Shown here one piece after another: positions 39,011 through 52,716 of a stretch of 64,000 nucleotides of DNA (positions within the stretch are counted from its first letter, which is position 1; every line of letters begins with the position of its first letter). The notes under the pieces are model-generated. The model made no database searches. It saw only the letters and a list, made by a program, of their open reading frames with translations, and was not told the origin of the DNA. A program made the translations under genes and the position numbers. The DNA is from Macrotis lagotis (Eukaryota), in the NCBI RefSeq assembly GCF_037893015.1, contig NC_133658.1, forward strand, positions 742,146,877-742,210,876. Reading direction: 5' to 3'.

Positions 39011-40582
39011 TGCCTGCATCCAGAAAAAGAATTGACAGACAATAAATTTATGTCAAAATATACTATTTTTCACTTAATTTTTTCCATGTTTTTTGTCTGT
39101 TGTCTTCATTCACAACATGAATAATATGGAACTATGTTTTCCATGCTTGCACACGTATAACTATATCAAATTATTTACCTCCAGAGGGGAGGAAAGAAGA
39201 GAGTTTGGAACTCAAATTTTTAAAAATGTTAAAAAAAAAATTTTTGTGGTAAATGGGAATATTTTAAAAATAAACTTTCCTCTTTTTATAAAGGGCACCA
39301 TTGCTCATCTTCCTTTGACAGTATTCTAAACTTCTCATCCTCACTCTCTAATATACATATGTAAGAAAATTTACATTTGTTAGTTCTCATGGCAGCCATT
39401 TCTACTCTCTGATTCAGTCTGCCTTATATTAATGGGATCATAGCCCCTTTGAAGCTTCAACTTTCTAAAGATAGAAAGTGGCACTTTATGAGCTGCTTGG
39501 ATTTTCAAGGTTAATTTTAAGTATTAAATGTTCATCTTACTGACTTCAAAACCTAATCCTGGGTAAGATATATCTCCATGGCATGCACTTAATAAATGTC
39601 TATTGAATTAAACTGAATTTTAGTCTTAGGTGACCAATTTGTCAAATCTTTATATATTTTTTCCTACAGTGAATTAAGATTCTGGCACATCATTTTATCA
39701 AACAAAAAGTGTAAAAGCAGTCTTTAGGATACATGAACCATATAATAAGCATTCAACTGTGAAAGCACGCTATACTAAAAGAAAATTTCTCACTTAAAAA
39801 ATGTTAAAGGTGCTAAATCGATCTCAAAGATACAGTCTTTGTAATCTACTAACCAAAATAAAGGCTAACAAGCAAGATAAACTAGAGATACTAATGCCAA
39901 GAACAAAAATTTGACCTAACAGGTAACACTGAAATTTGGTAGGCTAGGACTCATGCTTAGAATTTGGCTCAGGAAATATACTATTTATTCAAAAAGGAAA
40001 AGGAGGAGGCTAGCCACAGAGTAGCAATGAAAACTGGGGACCATCATGGTTGCAAAATATTGGAGTGAAGATTAAGAAGCAGAAACAGAAGTGATACTGT
40101 CTCATGAATATAATAATACAGATCACTTGTACAGAGCAGAAAAGTAGATGAGTACAAGAACTAGATCACATCTCATGATATCATAGTGGTAGGCAAAGTG
40201 ACATTTGCAAGATACCTCTTTTGGCTTCATATTCACCAAATTGTTAACAGCACATTTTATGGTGGGAAAAAACCATAAACAAATTAAATGCTCATAGATC
40301 AGGAACAGGCCAAAAAACCATGAAGTATGGAATTATGACTGCTATAAGAAATGACAAATGCAGAAAAGGAAAGATTTACAAAAAAAGATATACAAAGTGA
40401 AACCAAGCAGAGCCAAGAAAACAATATTCACAACAATTACAAAAGCTTAAGTAGAAAAAAAAATCACAAAATAATAAAAATAAATGTTGTAAAATTAAAA
40501 ACAAATGATTTGGCCCTAAGGGGGATAAAACAAAAATATGAGAAGACAATTTTCTTTATTTTTTCGATGAGTGAGTTTGGGG

Positions 40583-40600
40583 AAGGAAGGAAGGAAGGAA
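40583..40600. repeat. (GGAA)n short tandem repeat.
   Basis: Read directly as gaaggaaggaaggaagg. Confidence 0.8.
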
Positions 40601-40766
40601 CATGGATGTGGAACTATATTAATATTTATTTTTTCAATCAATGATTGCTTTTGATGAATTCTTTTCTTTTTGTTTTTAAAAAAAATTTCACTATAAGGGA
40701 TAGCTCTGAGGGAGAGAAGGGGAACAGTATATAGAGAGGGATATTTAGGTGATAAAAAAGCAAAGC

Positions 40767-40935
40767 TGGGGCAGCTAGGTGGCCTACTGGATAAAGCACC
40801 GGCCCTGGAGTCAGGAGTACCTGGGTTCAAGTCTGGTCTCAGACACTTAATAATTACCTAGCTGTGCGGCCTTGGGCAAGCCACTTAACCCCGTTTGCCT
40901 TGCAAAAACCTAAAAATAAATAAATAAATAAAGAA
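40767..40935 (+). mobile_element. tRNA-derived SINE with an (AAAT)n tail.
   Basis: Consensus match. Confidence 0.9.
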
Positions 40936-43900
40936 TAAAAGCAGCTAACAATTTCTTGTTGTGCCCTAATTAATGATCATTAATTTCATCTTTCCCAAAC
41001 TGGAAGAACCAACAAAGGTTTGGGAACTTCCATTCTGGATCTTATTTTTACCAACAAGGAGTCACTCTTTGCTGGGGTGGAAATGATAGTAACCTTAAAG
41101 AGAAGATATTTCCCCATCACAGAATATGTGAGCCAAAATCAGAAAATAATATATACCCTAGATTTTAGAGAGCAAAATTCAAAGGGGACAGGGAAAGAAT
41201 AGCTAAGATTCAAATCATTTGAAATTCTGTGAAGTCAGCCTGAGAAAGATAAATACTGAAGAATGGAGAACTGAAGACCATAAAAACAAACTTTTTTTTA
41301 AAGCACCTATTAAGTATCAGACCCCGTTATGGGAATTTGGGGTGTGAAGATGAAAATGAAATAGTCTTTGCTCTTGAGAGGTTTATATTCCATTAGAAGA
41401 TACAAAATGTACATATCTAAGTATAAATAAAATACCAGGGAGTAGCAGATAGGGAATCTGTAAAGGCTTGACATAGAAAGTAGATAAGCTTTGAAGGAAA
41501 CAAGAGATTCAAAGGTGCAGATCTGATGAGGAAATGCATTTCAGGAATCAAAATCAGAGACAGTCAGGAAGAGTTAGAAAAAGGAGGCATTATCCCAGAT
41601 GAACAATGCCAAAACACAGGAAAGTCATTAACAAAGACTTCATTTTAAAAGATATGCATGGCAAAGTCGGGAAAGTATAGTGCCATTATTAATTTAGATA
41701 ATAGCTAAATAAATTTTCATGTGTGAATTTTGTGGAATATTACTGTGCTGTAAGAAACAACAAATATGTTGAATATAAAAATCAGAAAAATCCAAGAAAA
41801 CAGTATGAACAACCAGAAAGCAAACAAACATAAATGTTACAAACTACAAAAAACAGCAGTTCCAAGGAAAAGATACAAGAGGAAACCTACTTCTCTGAAG
41901 GGGTGAGAGGTCCCTGTGCATGGTACATTATACATATTTTCAGAGTTTTTTCAAAGTATCGATCAGTTTTGTTCATTTTTTTATCCTTTTCTTTAAATAA
42001 TACTGTTATATGGGATGATTCTCAAAGAGGAAGAAGAATGAGGAGGGAAATTTGGAAGAAGTAAAAAAAAAAGATATTAAATATCTATTTTTAAAAAGAA
42101 CATTATAATTTGTACTGAAGCACAAAATGAATGGAGATTAAAAAGGAATGAACAAAAAGGGATGATTTTGTTTAAAGTTTTTTGGTTGTTATATTGAGTT
42201 AAAGAGGAGGATCAAAGAAATATCAGGGTCTCTGCTTGGGAAGAACAAGATGATAATTACAGGAAACAAAGAAAAAGTAAAACTACTCTAATTCACTGCC
42301 AAGGGGAATTTTATCAAAACTGAATATTAAACTCGAAATCCTCTTTAACATGTATAGTTCTCAGAATTTTAGTGTCTAGATTACAGTAGTCCCTAGTTAA
42401 TCTTCTGATCAAATTATCAGTCATTCAACCTTCTTGTTAAGTAAAAATTTAGTAGGTACATTCTGTAATACCAACTCACTGGTGCCAGAACATACTGTCT
42501 TTCATATGCAACAATGAGGCTACTGACCCAGTATGAGCAGAATACGAAATCAAAACTGCTTTTTAAGTGATGGTAATGGGATACATACATCCTGAGTTAT
42601 CCACATTCTTCCAACCTATATTTCCCAATGACCAAGGGCTTACTTTGTGAGATGATCAGCATTGATTAGTCATGCAATTTACAGCCTTGGAACCAAAGGC
42701 TTTCAGTTTTTGTGCCTTGCTAATACTTATTTCTAGAGAGCTATATCTTCTGGAATAAGGTTATATATTAACTATGCTATAATGCAATCTTTCTGAAACT
42801 TCTAGTAGTTGAATCTAAATAACATCACAAATAAAAGTGATTATATTTGAACAGACAGGAAATTAATAGTTACTGATATGGAAGTATTTCCAAATAAGCT
42901 ATCTCTATCTATAAAAACTAATTACTTGTTAAAACAAAGATCAAAAGCAGTATAAACAAAGAATATAAAAATGAAAGGATAAAACAAGCAGTTGAGGCAA
43001 CTCTGATTTGAACTTGAAAAATAGAAAAGAACAAAAGAGATACTGACAAAGACTAGTAATACTTTCTTAAGAAGTTTAACTGCTAAATCAATTACTTCAA
43101 TGAGATCAAAAGATCTTACAAACTGCCTCAGACAGCAAACACTTGACCTCCTTGATGCCAATTAGGGCAACAGCTTAAACACGGATTAGACAGACAGAGC
43201 ATAATTTTTTTTGATCTTAAGGTAAATGAGAATAGAAGAGAATGAACCAAGATAACCTCATAATTCAGCAAGAAACAGTAGAGGGAAAAACAAATTTGCA
43301 GAAAGTTTGGCAACAGACTCAAAATCACTGGACAGCACTTTAAGGATAAAATTAGAAAAGCAACAAACAGCAAAAAATACATAAGTGCAAGACAACTGCC
43401 ATAAATAAATGTCTCCTAAATTAATATCTCCAAACGTATACCCCTACCTCATTGACAAATCCTCCTGAAGTTCTGCAAAAATTATAAAATCAAGACTTCT
43501 AATCAAAATGATACAGCAAAACCCTGCAATAGTGATCAAGAATGAAAAATGATATAAGAAAAACTATCTAATAAGCATTTCTTTAACACCAGAAAAGCAC
43601 AAGAGGTGAGTCACAAGAATGTAGGCAAAAGAAAAGAGACTTCTAGCAAAGCCACTATCAGCTAAGCATAACCTCTCAATGTGATCCAAAACTGGTCAGA
43701 TATGTATAGTCAACAAGGCTTTGTGTCCAAAGATAGCAAGAACAAAGGTCAGCTGGGTAAGGCCCCCCAAGGTCTCAGAAAGCCCTGGAATAGGGACCTC
43801 TGAAGTTCTAGGGAGCAGCAGTGGGCCCTAACTGGTACAGAGGAGTGAATCTCAGACCATGAAACACCAGGGCCAAGGGCTCTGAGGATCCTGTCCTGAA

Positions 43901-44754
43901 GATCAAGTATTCTGAACCTCAAAGCACAAGGCAGTTTGAACTATAACAGAAAGAAATTTGTAGGGAAACTCAAGTTAAGAGTAAACAGGAAAAACTACAC
44001 CCTCAAGAAAAAGGGCAACAAGTACTGGACAAAGTCATATGTCAGCATCTACAGATGGAATAGATAAGAATATCAAAAACACTATGTATCAAAAATTATG
44101 CAAATCTATATATCTCCCTCCAAAGGAATAACTGCAAAACTATGATTAAGCAGATTCTCAAAGGAAAAAAATACTTTCCCCCCAGAACATTGTGAATACT
44201 GAACAAAAATGAAGGGAGAGCTAGTTAAGAAAATTAAAGATCTTGATTAAATAATTGGAATAGGTTAAAAGAAAAAGTAGCAAATATTATTCAAGTGATG
44301 GACTCTCTGAAAAGCAGAACAAAACAAACAGAAATCAGTGATTCTATGAAATAGAAAAATATTTTCTCACATGGATCAGACAACTTAATGTCATGCTAAG
44401 AAAAACAAATTCAAAAGAGCGAACCTTGATCATCAATTTCAACATTACTCTCTTTTCCTAAATCTGTTACCAGTGAAGAAATTGATTAATTTGAATTTTC
44501 CCTTTACTTCATGATGCTGAAAAGCAAGGAAATAAGTTAAGCAGGAAATAGAAGAAAAGACGGTGATCTTTGGAAGAAATCATTCTCTGGATAATTTTTA
44601 AATGGCTAGTTAATGTATATTTGTAATTCTGAAAAAAAAAAAGGTTTTCTTATAGATTCTTTTGGTAAGTAGCCATTACTTACAAATAATAATAAACAGC
44701 TATTAAAAAAAAGCATAGAGAATACAGACAAACACAACAAAGAAAATATAATAC

Positions 44755-44910
44755 CTGTATATCCTTCTTAATAGGCCTGGTTTTATTATCAAAAATTTTT
44801 TTCCTAAATTCAAGAAGAACTTCTTTGCAGTCCTCAAGATGAATTTCTGGCTCCCAAGTATCATCATCAGAAGTATATCCTTTCCATCGAACTTTGTAAA
44901 GAATTTTACC
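44755..44910 (-). CDS. MPHOSPH8: MPHOSPH8 exon 2, the core of the chromodomain: GKILYKVRWKGYTSDDDTWEPEIHLEDCKEVLLEFRKKIFDNKTRPIKKDIQ.
   Basis: The acceptor is ctcatttcag|GGT and the donor is CAG|gtatta. The exon is 156 nt in phase 0-0 and is almost identical to the human MPP8 chromodomain. Confidence 0.85.
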
Positions 44911-47900
44911 CTGAAATGAGAAATAAAAAGCCTGCATAAAAAATATGCCAACCTAAGGTTATCTATTACTACTCATTTTTCCTCAGTAAAATCATCCATC
45001 AAACTATAATTGCTCGGTATATCACAAAAGCAGAATTAGAATTCTATTTCTAAAGAGAAATTTCTAATTATACGCACTAAAACAACTTATCCATACTATA
45101 TTCTGAATAGGGTAATTCTATAGGCTACATACTGTAGAAGGAGAAAATTTCCATGGTAGTAACTGTTTACTAACTATAGTAATCTTGGGGAGGAGGGTGT
45201 CAAGAAACCTGTGGAATGAAGGGAAACAGGGGCTGGGGTGGGGGGGACACTTATGTATTACTACATAACAAATGAGTTTCATTCTTCTCAAGAGAGAATG
45301 GAATCATATGTGAACCAGACTAGGTACCATGGCACTCTCTATTCAAACATGTCACATCCTCACTTCCTGTTAACAACCTCATCCTACTATCCAGATTCCT
45401 ACTGAAGTAATGGCTAACTAACCCCACTCCCCCGGGGTGGTAGCCCCCTACACCTTTCCCTCTCTCTACCAAATGACTTTCTATTACATTCCTGTTTTTT
45501 TCTGTCTCTTCCATCAAAGTACACCTTATTGTTCTGCATAGCCCCTTTTTTACTGTCTGATTTCTCTCACATTTATGACTTTAATACTAATAGCTAGCAT
45601 TAATCAGAACTAATATATCCATTATTTCTAATCAACCAACATTTATCAAGCACCCACAAGTGTTCTAGGTCACGGGGGAGAGATACAAAGTCAATAATTA
45701 CTGGCATCATGAAAGCTAATACCCAAATTACCTGTGAAACAAGGGCACAAAGTTTTTATCTTGAAACTAGTGGCTTAGGTACAAAGAATGTAACAGACAT
45801 TTTTCTTGAATTGTATGTTTTTAACTTCTATAAAGTCCTTCCCCTTTTAAAAAAAGATTATTTCTTCAAATTAACAAAATAAAGTTAATATTTTACAGGC
45901 ATAAACAAATCAACTACTTGATAAAGTATACTTCATCAGGAAAACTGACTTGGAATCAAAGAACCTAGATTCAAGGACTGGCTCTATTACTTAATCATGT
46001 GAATGCAAGTTACTTTACTAAACTATTTGGAATTACACATACATATAAATATTTGCATACATTTAAATGTATCAGACCTAAATTTCATATCTAGGCAGAC
46101 TGAGATGTTGTTTTGACTTGAGGCTTGTAATTCTCAATATAAGACTTGCTGTATCCCCTTTACTAATTTCCTAGTCATTTTGTTCCTTCTCCCTACCTCA
46201 GGTTTCCCTTCTACCTTCTTCCCTGTCCCCTAAAATATTTTTACTTGACTTCCCAGCTGAGTTTTTGGGCATCATTTCAATGAACTCTCCTTTCCTCCTC
46301 AATCATCTGTTGAGTTTCCATTCCAGACATCTACAAATCCATAGGCAAGTCCCTATAACCTCCCTGAGCCTCTGTTTTCTTGTTTGTAAATTAGGAATCT
46401 CATCATCATCACACAGGACTATTGAGTCTTTAATAAAATAACATACATAAAATGCTCAGTAAATTTTAAAGTGAAATATATACATATAGATATATCTCAA
46501 TGATCATTTTTATTATGCTGTTTTAAAGGAATACTCCAAGAAGCATCTGAGCAAATTGCCAATAAGTGAATTCTTTCTAACAGAAGCAGAAAATGAACCA
46601 GAGAAGCAATAATTAAGTCCTAAAGAATTATTTGAGGAACACAGATGTTCAGAAACTAGTTTGGAGTGGCAAAACTATTAAAAGTCAGAGGCAGAATCTG
46701 AACCCAGGTCTTCCTAACTCAATACTCTATTCATTATGCCATATTGCAGCTAATGCTTTACTGACATTAAAATGCATAGTACTGTATTGTATTATAATGA
46801 ATTTTGTGATTCTACTAATTTGGGATTTTCTAAAATATTGTGAACAATAAGAGCTGCACAGGCAACCAAAGCTGGACAAATTAAACATAAAATCATAAAC
46901 ATCTTCTAAAAACATTTGACTAATCAATGTAAAACTACATAGGTCTATTAACTTGGCTTTTAATTAATACTGTACAGGAATGCTAATATTTTTTGTGATT
47001 TTGCACTGTAGCTTCTCTCAGTTTCTTCAATGGATTCTTTGAGGTTTTCCAAGTAAACCATCATATCAATTGCAAAAAAAATGATAATTTTGTTCCTCTT
47101 TGCCAGTGTTTCTATTTTTTTATTTAATTTTCTCATCTTCTTTAAATCTCTATCAAATAATATTAGGGAGGGGGAAATAAATCATTTGGGCAATAATGAG
47201 TTTGTAGAAAAGGGATAACTAAAAAACAAAACACATAGCAGCTACATTAGGAGTACTGAGAAAGCTAGCAACTGAACTTCCACAATATAAATTGTACTCA
47301 AGTTACTTCCTCGTATGTCATGTTACTAAAGCCAAAGCTGCCTCTGTGTTGGCAGCTGCTTTGTAGGTTTAAAATAACAGTTAAGTGGAGCAATGTTCAA
47401 TAATATAAGGAAAGAAGCCCAACAATTATCACTCAGAGAAGTCAAAAACAATTCTATTCTCTTGCATACAGTATTGTACATATTCCTTAAGGGATCAAGA
47501 CCTGGAGTCAAACACTTCAGACCAAGATCAACCTATGTTATATGCTAAATACCTTTCTTAGATTTATTACATGTAACTTCCACTATACTTTTAATCCAAA
47601 TTTTAACAATAAATGAGAAAAATTGCCCTATTTTATTAAGCAAATATACCTATTTTTAAGTTCAGTAGTTTAATAAACTGACATTTAACATTTTATACTT
47701 TACAAAGTATTGTATGTATATATTGATTCCAGCAACATCGTCCCCAATTTAAAGATAAGTAACCTTAGGTTTAGAAATATTAGGTGTTACATAGCTAATA
47801 AGTTGCAGAGATAGAATTTAAACTTGGGTTCTCCCTCTCCAATCCCAAGCAATGTATTTCTAACAGAAGCAGAAAATGAAGGCAGAAAATGTTCCTCCAT

Positions 47901-48165
47901 TATCCTATAACTGCCCCAAAAGCAATTTGATAAAGTCTTATTAAAACTTCAGATTCTAAAATACTATAGTTTAAGTCACATAGCCCCAAAAACATTAATA
48001 GTGAGTCTTATAGAACACAATTAATCTGTAATCTTGTTGTTTTCACTTATTAAAAAATGAAATGTGAAGTACAGTTAAATGTACTTTGAAGAAACTGAGA
48101 AGGCTCTCTGCAGTGAATATGCTGTTACCAAAATTTCTGTGTCTGTAATCTTCAGAATCACAGTT

Positions 48166-48312
48166 TTGTTTTTTTGGGGGGGGGTAACAGGATTAAGTGC
48201 CATGCCCAAGGTCACATGGCTAGTAAGCATTAAAAGTTTGAGATCGGGGTTTGAACTCAGGTCCATCTAAGTCCAGGGTTGGTGTTTTATCCATTGCACC
48301 ACCTAGCTGGTC
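48166..48312 (-). mobile_element. tRNA-derived SINE in reverse orientation.
   Basis: Consensus match (gtaacaggattaagtgccatgcccaaggtcacatggctagtaagc...). Confidence 0.85.
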
Positions 48313-50374
48313 CCACATGGCTTCTACCTTATGTCTCATCATCTTTCTTTTCCCTTTCTTTCCCGGGACCAGAGCTGTCCAACCTTAGGTTATCTTAGGG
48401 CCACATTAAAACAATTATTTGAGAGTTGCACCCAGAATAAAAAAAAAATACAGTCCCCATTCAGTGGACATAGTGCTACTTGAGGACTCCAGAGTCAAGG
48501 TTCTTAGATATAAAAGGCTGTTTCATAACTTCTTACAAAGTGGGGAAACAGGTGTCATCAATATGACAGGTGAAGGTGAGAAGCGAGAAAGTAAACACAA
48601 AACAAAGCAACAACACAACAGTAAAAATGTAGGTGTATACTAACAACTCTGCATCTTACAGACATAACACATCCCACAGATGGATTGAAAATTCGATGCG
48701 ATAAATTCCATCCTTAATACTGCTTGAAAACATCAAGGAAAATTAACATCAATGAAATTATTTATTAGTGATGGAATTAAAAAAATCTAATGAGTATGCA
48801 CTGTGGGCTTCACATGGGTCATATTTTTGGTCAGCCCTGCCCTAGACATTGAAAAGTTCTGCCAATTCTACCTTCCCAATCTATCTAACATCTGCTGAGG
48901 TCCTCATCTCTTCTTGACTTAATTACTTCCTGTGATAGCTTTCAGTTTGCTCTCCAAGGCCCTAGACTCTCTCCCTTTTCCAATTTACCTTTCTGAAATG
49001 TACTGGAATAATAGTCATAACATATGGATCTCACAAAGGAACTCCCTTGTTCAAAAAGCCTTTAAGCATTCCCTGCTTACCAAATACACAACAAACTTAT
49101 TTGCTTGATATTTAAGGTCCTCCACAATCTGACTCCCAAATAATCTTGCCAGTCTTTGGTAAATCATTAAGCATTTTTTAAGTCTACTCTCTTCAGCACT
49201 GTGCTAAGCACTAGGGATTAAAAAGAGGCAAAAGACAATCCTTGCCCTCAAGTAATTCACAATCCAATGGGAGAAACAACATACAAGCATGTACAAAACA
49301 GATATATGAGAAATCATTAAGAGGAGGACGAGACTAGAGGCATGGGGAAGGCTTCCTATAAGGAGACAGAATTTTAATTGAATCTTTAAAAAAATCAGGA
49401 AGAGGAGGTAAGCAGAGAAAGTGTTTCAGGTATGAGGGACAGACAGGAAAAAACACTCAGGAGATTAGAGATGAAATTTCTTGTTCATGAGTCAGCCAGG
49501 AGGCCAGTGTCTCTGGATCAAAGAGTAAGTGGCAGGGGATGATAATGTGTGAGAAGACTGCAAAGAAGGGATTTGAATGCCAAACAAAAGATACTTTATT
49601 TGTTCCTGAAGGTGATAGGAAGTCACTTGAGTTTATTGAGGAAGGTGTGGGGGTGACATGGTCAAACCAGTCTGTGCTTGAGGAAAATAACTTTATTGAC
49701 TGAATGGGGGAGTGTAGTGGGGAGAGACTTGAAGAAGGTAGACCCACCAGCAAGCTATTGCAACAGTGAAGCGATGAGAGCCTGCACCAATGCAGAGGCA
49801 GCATCAGAGAGAAGAGGGTGAGATGTTTGTTGAAAAGATGAAATCCATAGGTATTACCAACAGAGAAACTGAGATTTCAAGAACGACACCCTAGGCTGCA
49901 AGTCTGGAGGACTGGGAGGATGGCTGCATCCTCTATAGTAACAGGAAAATTTAGAAGGTAAGGTCTAGTGGAAAAAATTATGATTTTTGTTTTAGACACA
50001 TTGAGTTTTAAATATTCACTGGACATCCAGTTCTTGAGTCTGAAAGTCGGCTGACATTAGAATTTAACAGAGAGACTGGAGCAGACTAGGTAGATGGGTA
50101 AAAATCATCTAACATTTTCTTATTCCTTCCCATCCTAACCATTATGCCTGGAATGCTCTTCCCACATCTTTGTCTACTAAAACACTTTCCTTACTACAAG
50201 ATGTCTCTCAGATGATACTTCTTTCAAGAATTCATCCTGGATCCTCATTTTACATATGTAAACATTTATTAAGTACCACCTATTTATCTTGCCTCGGATT
50301 CTTTGCTCACTCTAATCCTTCCCTTTTCAATATAAATCTGGATGGGTTTTTTAGTCTCATTAAATTGTTTGGGT

Positions 50375-50533
50375 TTTTTTTGTTTGTTTTTAGTTTTTGC
50401 AAGGCAATGGGGTTAAGTGGCTTGCCCAAGACCACACAGCTAGGGAATTATTAAGTGTCTGAGGCCAGATTTGAACTCATATATTCCTGACTCCAAGGCC
50501 GGTGCTCTATCCACTGCGCCCACCCAGCTGCCT
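50375..50533 (-). mobile_element. tRNA-derived SINE in reverse orientation with a target-site duplication of agtct(c/a)attaaatt.
   Basis: Consensus match and a flanking repeat. Confidence 0.9.
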
Positions 50534-50851
50534 CATAGTCTAATTAAATTCTTTCAAGGATTCTTCCTTTCAAAAAATTCATGGAAGTATCCGTTTGGGC
50601 CATTTTGACACCTCATTATTGCCTTGTAAAAAGTAACCAGTACCAACTCCTGAGAACCATTCTTTTGAAGCATTTATCTTTTGTAGCATACATCTCAGTT
50701 TTCCATACATCATAGTACACGGCAGATGCTCAGCATATGGTTGATGGTTAAGAGAAAAGTAATAAGTATATATTAAAATGAAAGCCATGAATTTATTTTG
50801 TATTGTTCCTCACTTCTTTTAAGCCTTTTAAAGTAGTATGAGAATATATGA

Positions 50852-50876
50852 ATTATTATTATTATTATTATTATTA
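50852..50876. repeat. (ATT)8 microsatellite.
   Basis: Read directly as attattattattattattattatta. Confidence 0.9.
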
Positions 50877-51397
50877 CTTCAATAGAGGATTGACAGATCA
50901 GGTTATATGCTATAGTGATGACACTGAAATTATGAAGATTTAGGTTCAAGTCTTCTGATCTGTATTAGTTGTGTGACCCACAGGCATGTAGCAAAGTGTA
51001 TGAACTTGTTTCTCTATAAAATGGGAGTGATAATAATAACCTGCTTCACTAGATGTCAGAATTGGGATTTCACCCTCCTCTTCTTTACTAATCTTCCCAA
51101 GACTGTTTGGTGTTAGAGTGTAAGCAGCAAGAGAAATGATTACATAAATGTTGACTGAATTCCCTTTATTTCCTATAATACAGATCAGTAATATCAGCAA
51201 AGACCCATTGTGCATCTCCTATAGTCAAGGCACTACATACACAGGGAATATGAAGAGGTCTAAAACAGTTCATTGGAATCAAGGCAGTCAAGAATAGAGT
51301 CACCCAAGGCGGCACACAATAGAATTTGAGTGTTTAGAAAACTCCTTTAAGAATTAGAGGGAGCTTTAAAAAGAAAAAAATCAAAATTAGAGGGAGG

Positions 51398-51690
51398 TGG
51401 GGGCGGCTAGGTGGCACTGTGGATAGAGCACCGGCCCTGGAGTCAGGAGTACCTGGGTTCAAATCCGGCCTCAGACACTTAATTATCTAGCTGTGTGGCC
51501 CTGGGCAAGCCACTCAACCCCATTGCCTTGCAAAATCTAAAAAAAAAGAGGTGGCTCAGTGGATAAAGCATCAGCCCCGGAGTCAGGAGTTCAAATCCGG
51601 TCTCAAACACTTAATAATGACCTAACTGTGTGGCCTTGGGCAAGCCACTTAACCCCATTGCCTTGAAAAAAACCTAAAGAAAAATAATTA
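51398..51690 (+). mobile_element. Head-to-tail SINE dimer. A full copy at 51398-51548 is followed by a 5'-truncated copy at 51550-51690. A single target-site duplication, aattagagggagg, flanks the pair.
   Basis: Two consecutive consensus matches and an outer flanking direct repeat. The pair lies in MPHOSPH8 intron 1, about 350-630 bp from the exon 1 donor. Confidence 0.85.
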
Positions 51691-51924
51691 GAGGGAGGGG
51701 GGAAAAAAAGAATTAGAGGGAGAAAAAAAAGAATTGGAGAGGACAACTGGGAGTCCTTGCCCCGGCTCCTGCAGACACGGCCCCCGCGGCTCGCTCGCCA
51801 GCCTCAGCCCCTCCTGCCCCTTCTGCCAGGGGCCGAGTGCCCCCGGGCCGGCGCCATTCCCCCCAGGCCCTCGGCCGGCCCGGGGACGCTTCACTTCTGG
51901 GCGCCGCCGCCCCGGTGACGGGAG

Positions 51925-51990
51925 GCCCCGGCCCCGCCACTGTCAGCCCGGCCCCGGCCCCGGCCCCGGCCCCGGCCCCGGCCGCCCCCC
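51925..51990 (-). repeat. (GGGGCC)n hexanucleotide repeat on the transcribed strand. It appears as ggccccggccccggccccggccccggccccggcc on the plus strand and lies in intron 1, 40-100 nt downstream of the exon 1 donor.
   Basis: About 6.5 perfect tandem units plus one degenerate unit were read directly. Confidence 0.85.
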
Positions 51991-52027
51991 CAGCGCCGGG
52001 CCCGGGCTCCCGGCCGCCCTCCCTCAC

Positions 52028-52249
52028 CGCCTCCGTCTTCACGTCCAGGATCTTCTCCACCTCGAACACGTCCTCCCCGTCTTCCTCGCTCTCCCCCGGG
52101 CCCTCGGCGGACCGCATGACGTCGTCCTTCTCCGGGCCTCCCGCCTCTTCCCCTACGCCGCCCGACGCGTCCTCGCCGCGGCCGTTCGAACCCGAAGCCA
52201 GGGCGGCGGCGCTGACGGCGCCCCCGCTCGCGCCAGGCGCCGCCGCCAT
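52028..52249 (-). CDS. MPHOSPH8: MPHOSPH8 exon 1 (coding part). The ATG is at 52249-52247 in a Kozak-like context (atcATGG). The exon encodes MAAAPGAS...EDGEDVFEVEKILDVKTEA, the start of the chromodomain. The donor GTGAGG is at 52027-52022.
   Basis: The minus-strand translation matches the human MPP8 chromodomain start (EDVFEVEKILDMKTE) as recalled from memory. The donor was read directly. The exon sits inside a CpG island. Confidence 0.8.
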
Positions 52250-52708
52250 GATGGAGGGATTTCCAACCGACGGAGTAAAAGTGGCTGCGACACACGCCTC
52301 TCCGGGGCACCTCGCGGGGCAGCGGCCGTCACCAATTGGCTTTGACGGCCGAGTCACGCCGTAGCAACCGGGCGCCAATGAGAACGGCCCTACCGCCCCG
52401 GAGGGGGCGCCTCTGCGCAGCCAATCATCGCGCACGCTGCCGGAGCCGGGGGCGGGCCTGGCGGCGACCCTGCGTCAGGGAAGGCGGGGTCACGAGGACC
52501 CCGCCGCGGGAGAACGGGAGGGGCCGCCGGCCTGCAGGGCGGAGGAGGAGGAGGAGCCGCTGGAGCGAGCCAAGCACAAGTCAGGCTTCCTCCAGGAGAG
52601 ACATTGGGATTCTCAGCGAGAGTCCTCGAGGAAAGGGGCCGGGCGGGACCTCGAGTGACGCGTGAGGAGGAGAGGGAAGGGCCAAGGGGGCGGGGCCGAC
52701 CGGGGGCG

Positions 52709-52716
52709 TGACGTCA
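52709..52716. promoter_or_regulatory. Perfect cAMP-response element palindrome TGACGTCA, in the context ggcgTGACGTCAcagc.
   Basis: The motif is exact and sits about 460 bp upstream of the ATG inside the CpG island. Confidence 0.5.

Noticed and set aside
42900-44600. A possible additional L1 5'-region fragment (contains ...aagaaaaagtagcaaatattattcaagtgatggactctctgaaaagcagaacaaaac...).
   Set aside because: Its resemblance to L1 ORF1 upstream sequence is only partial, so it was left unannotated.
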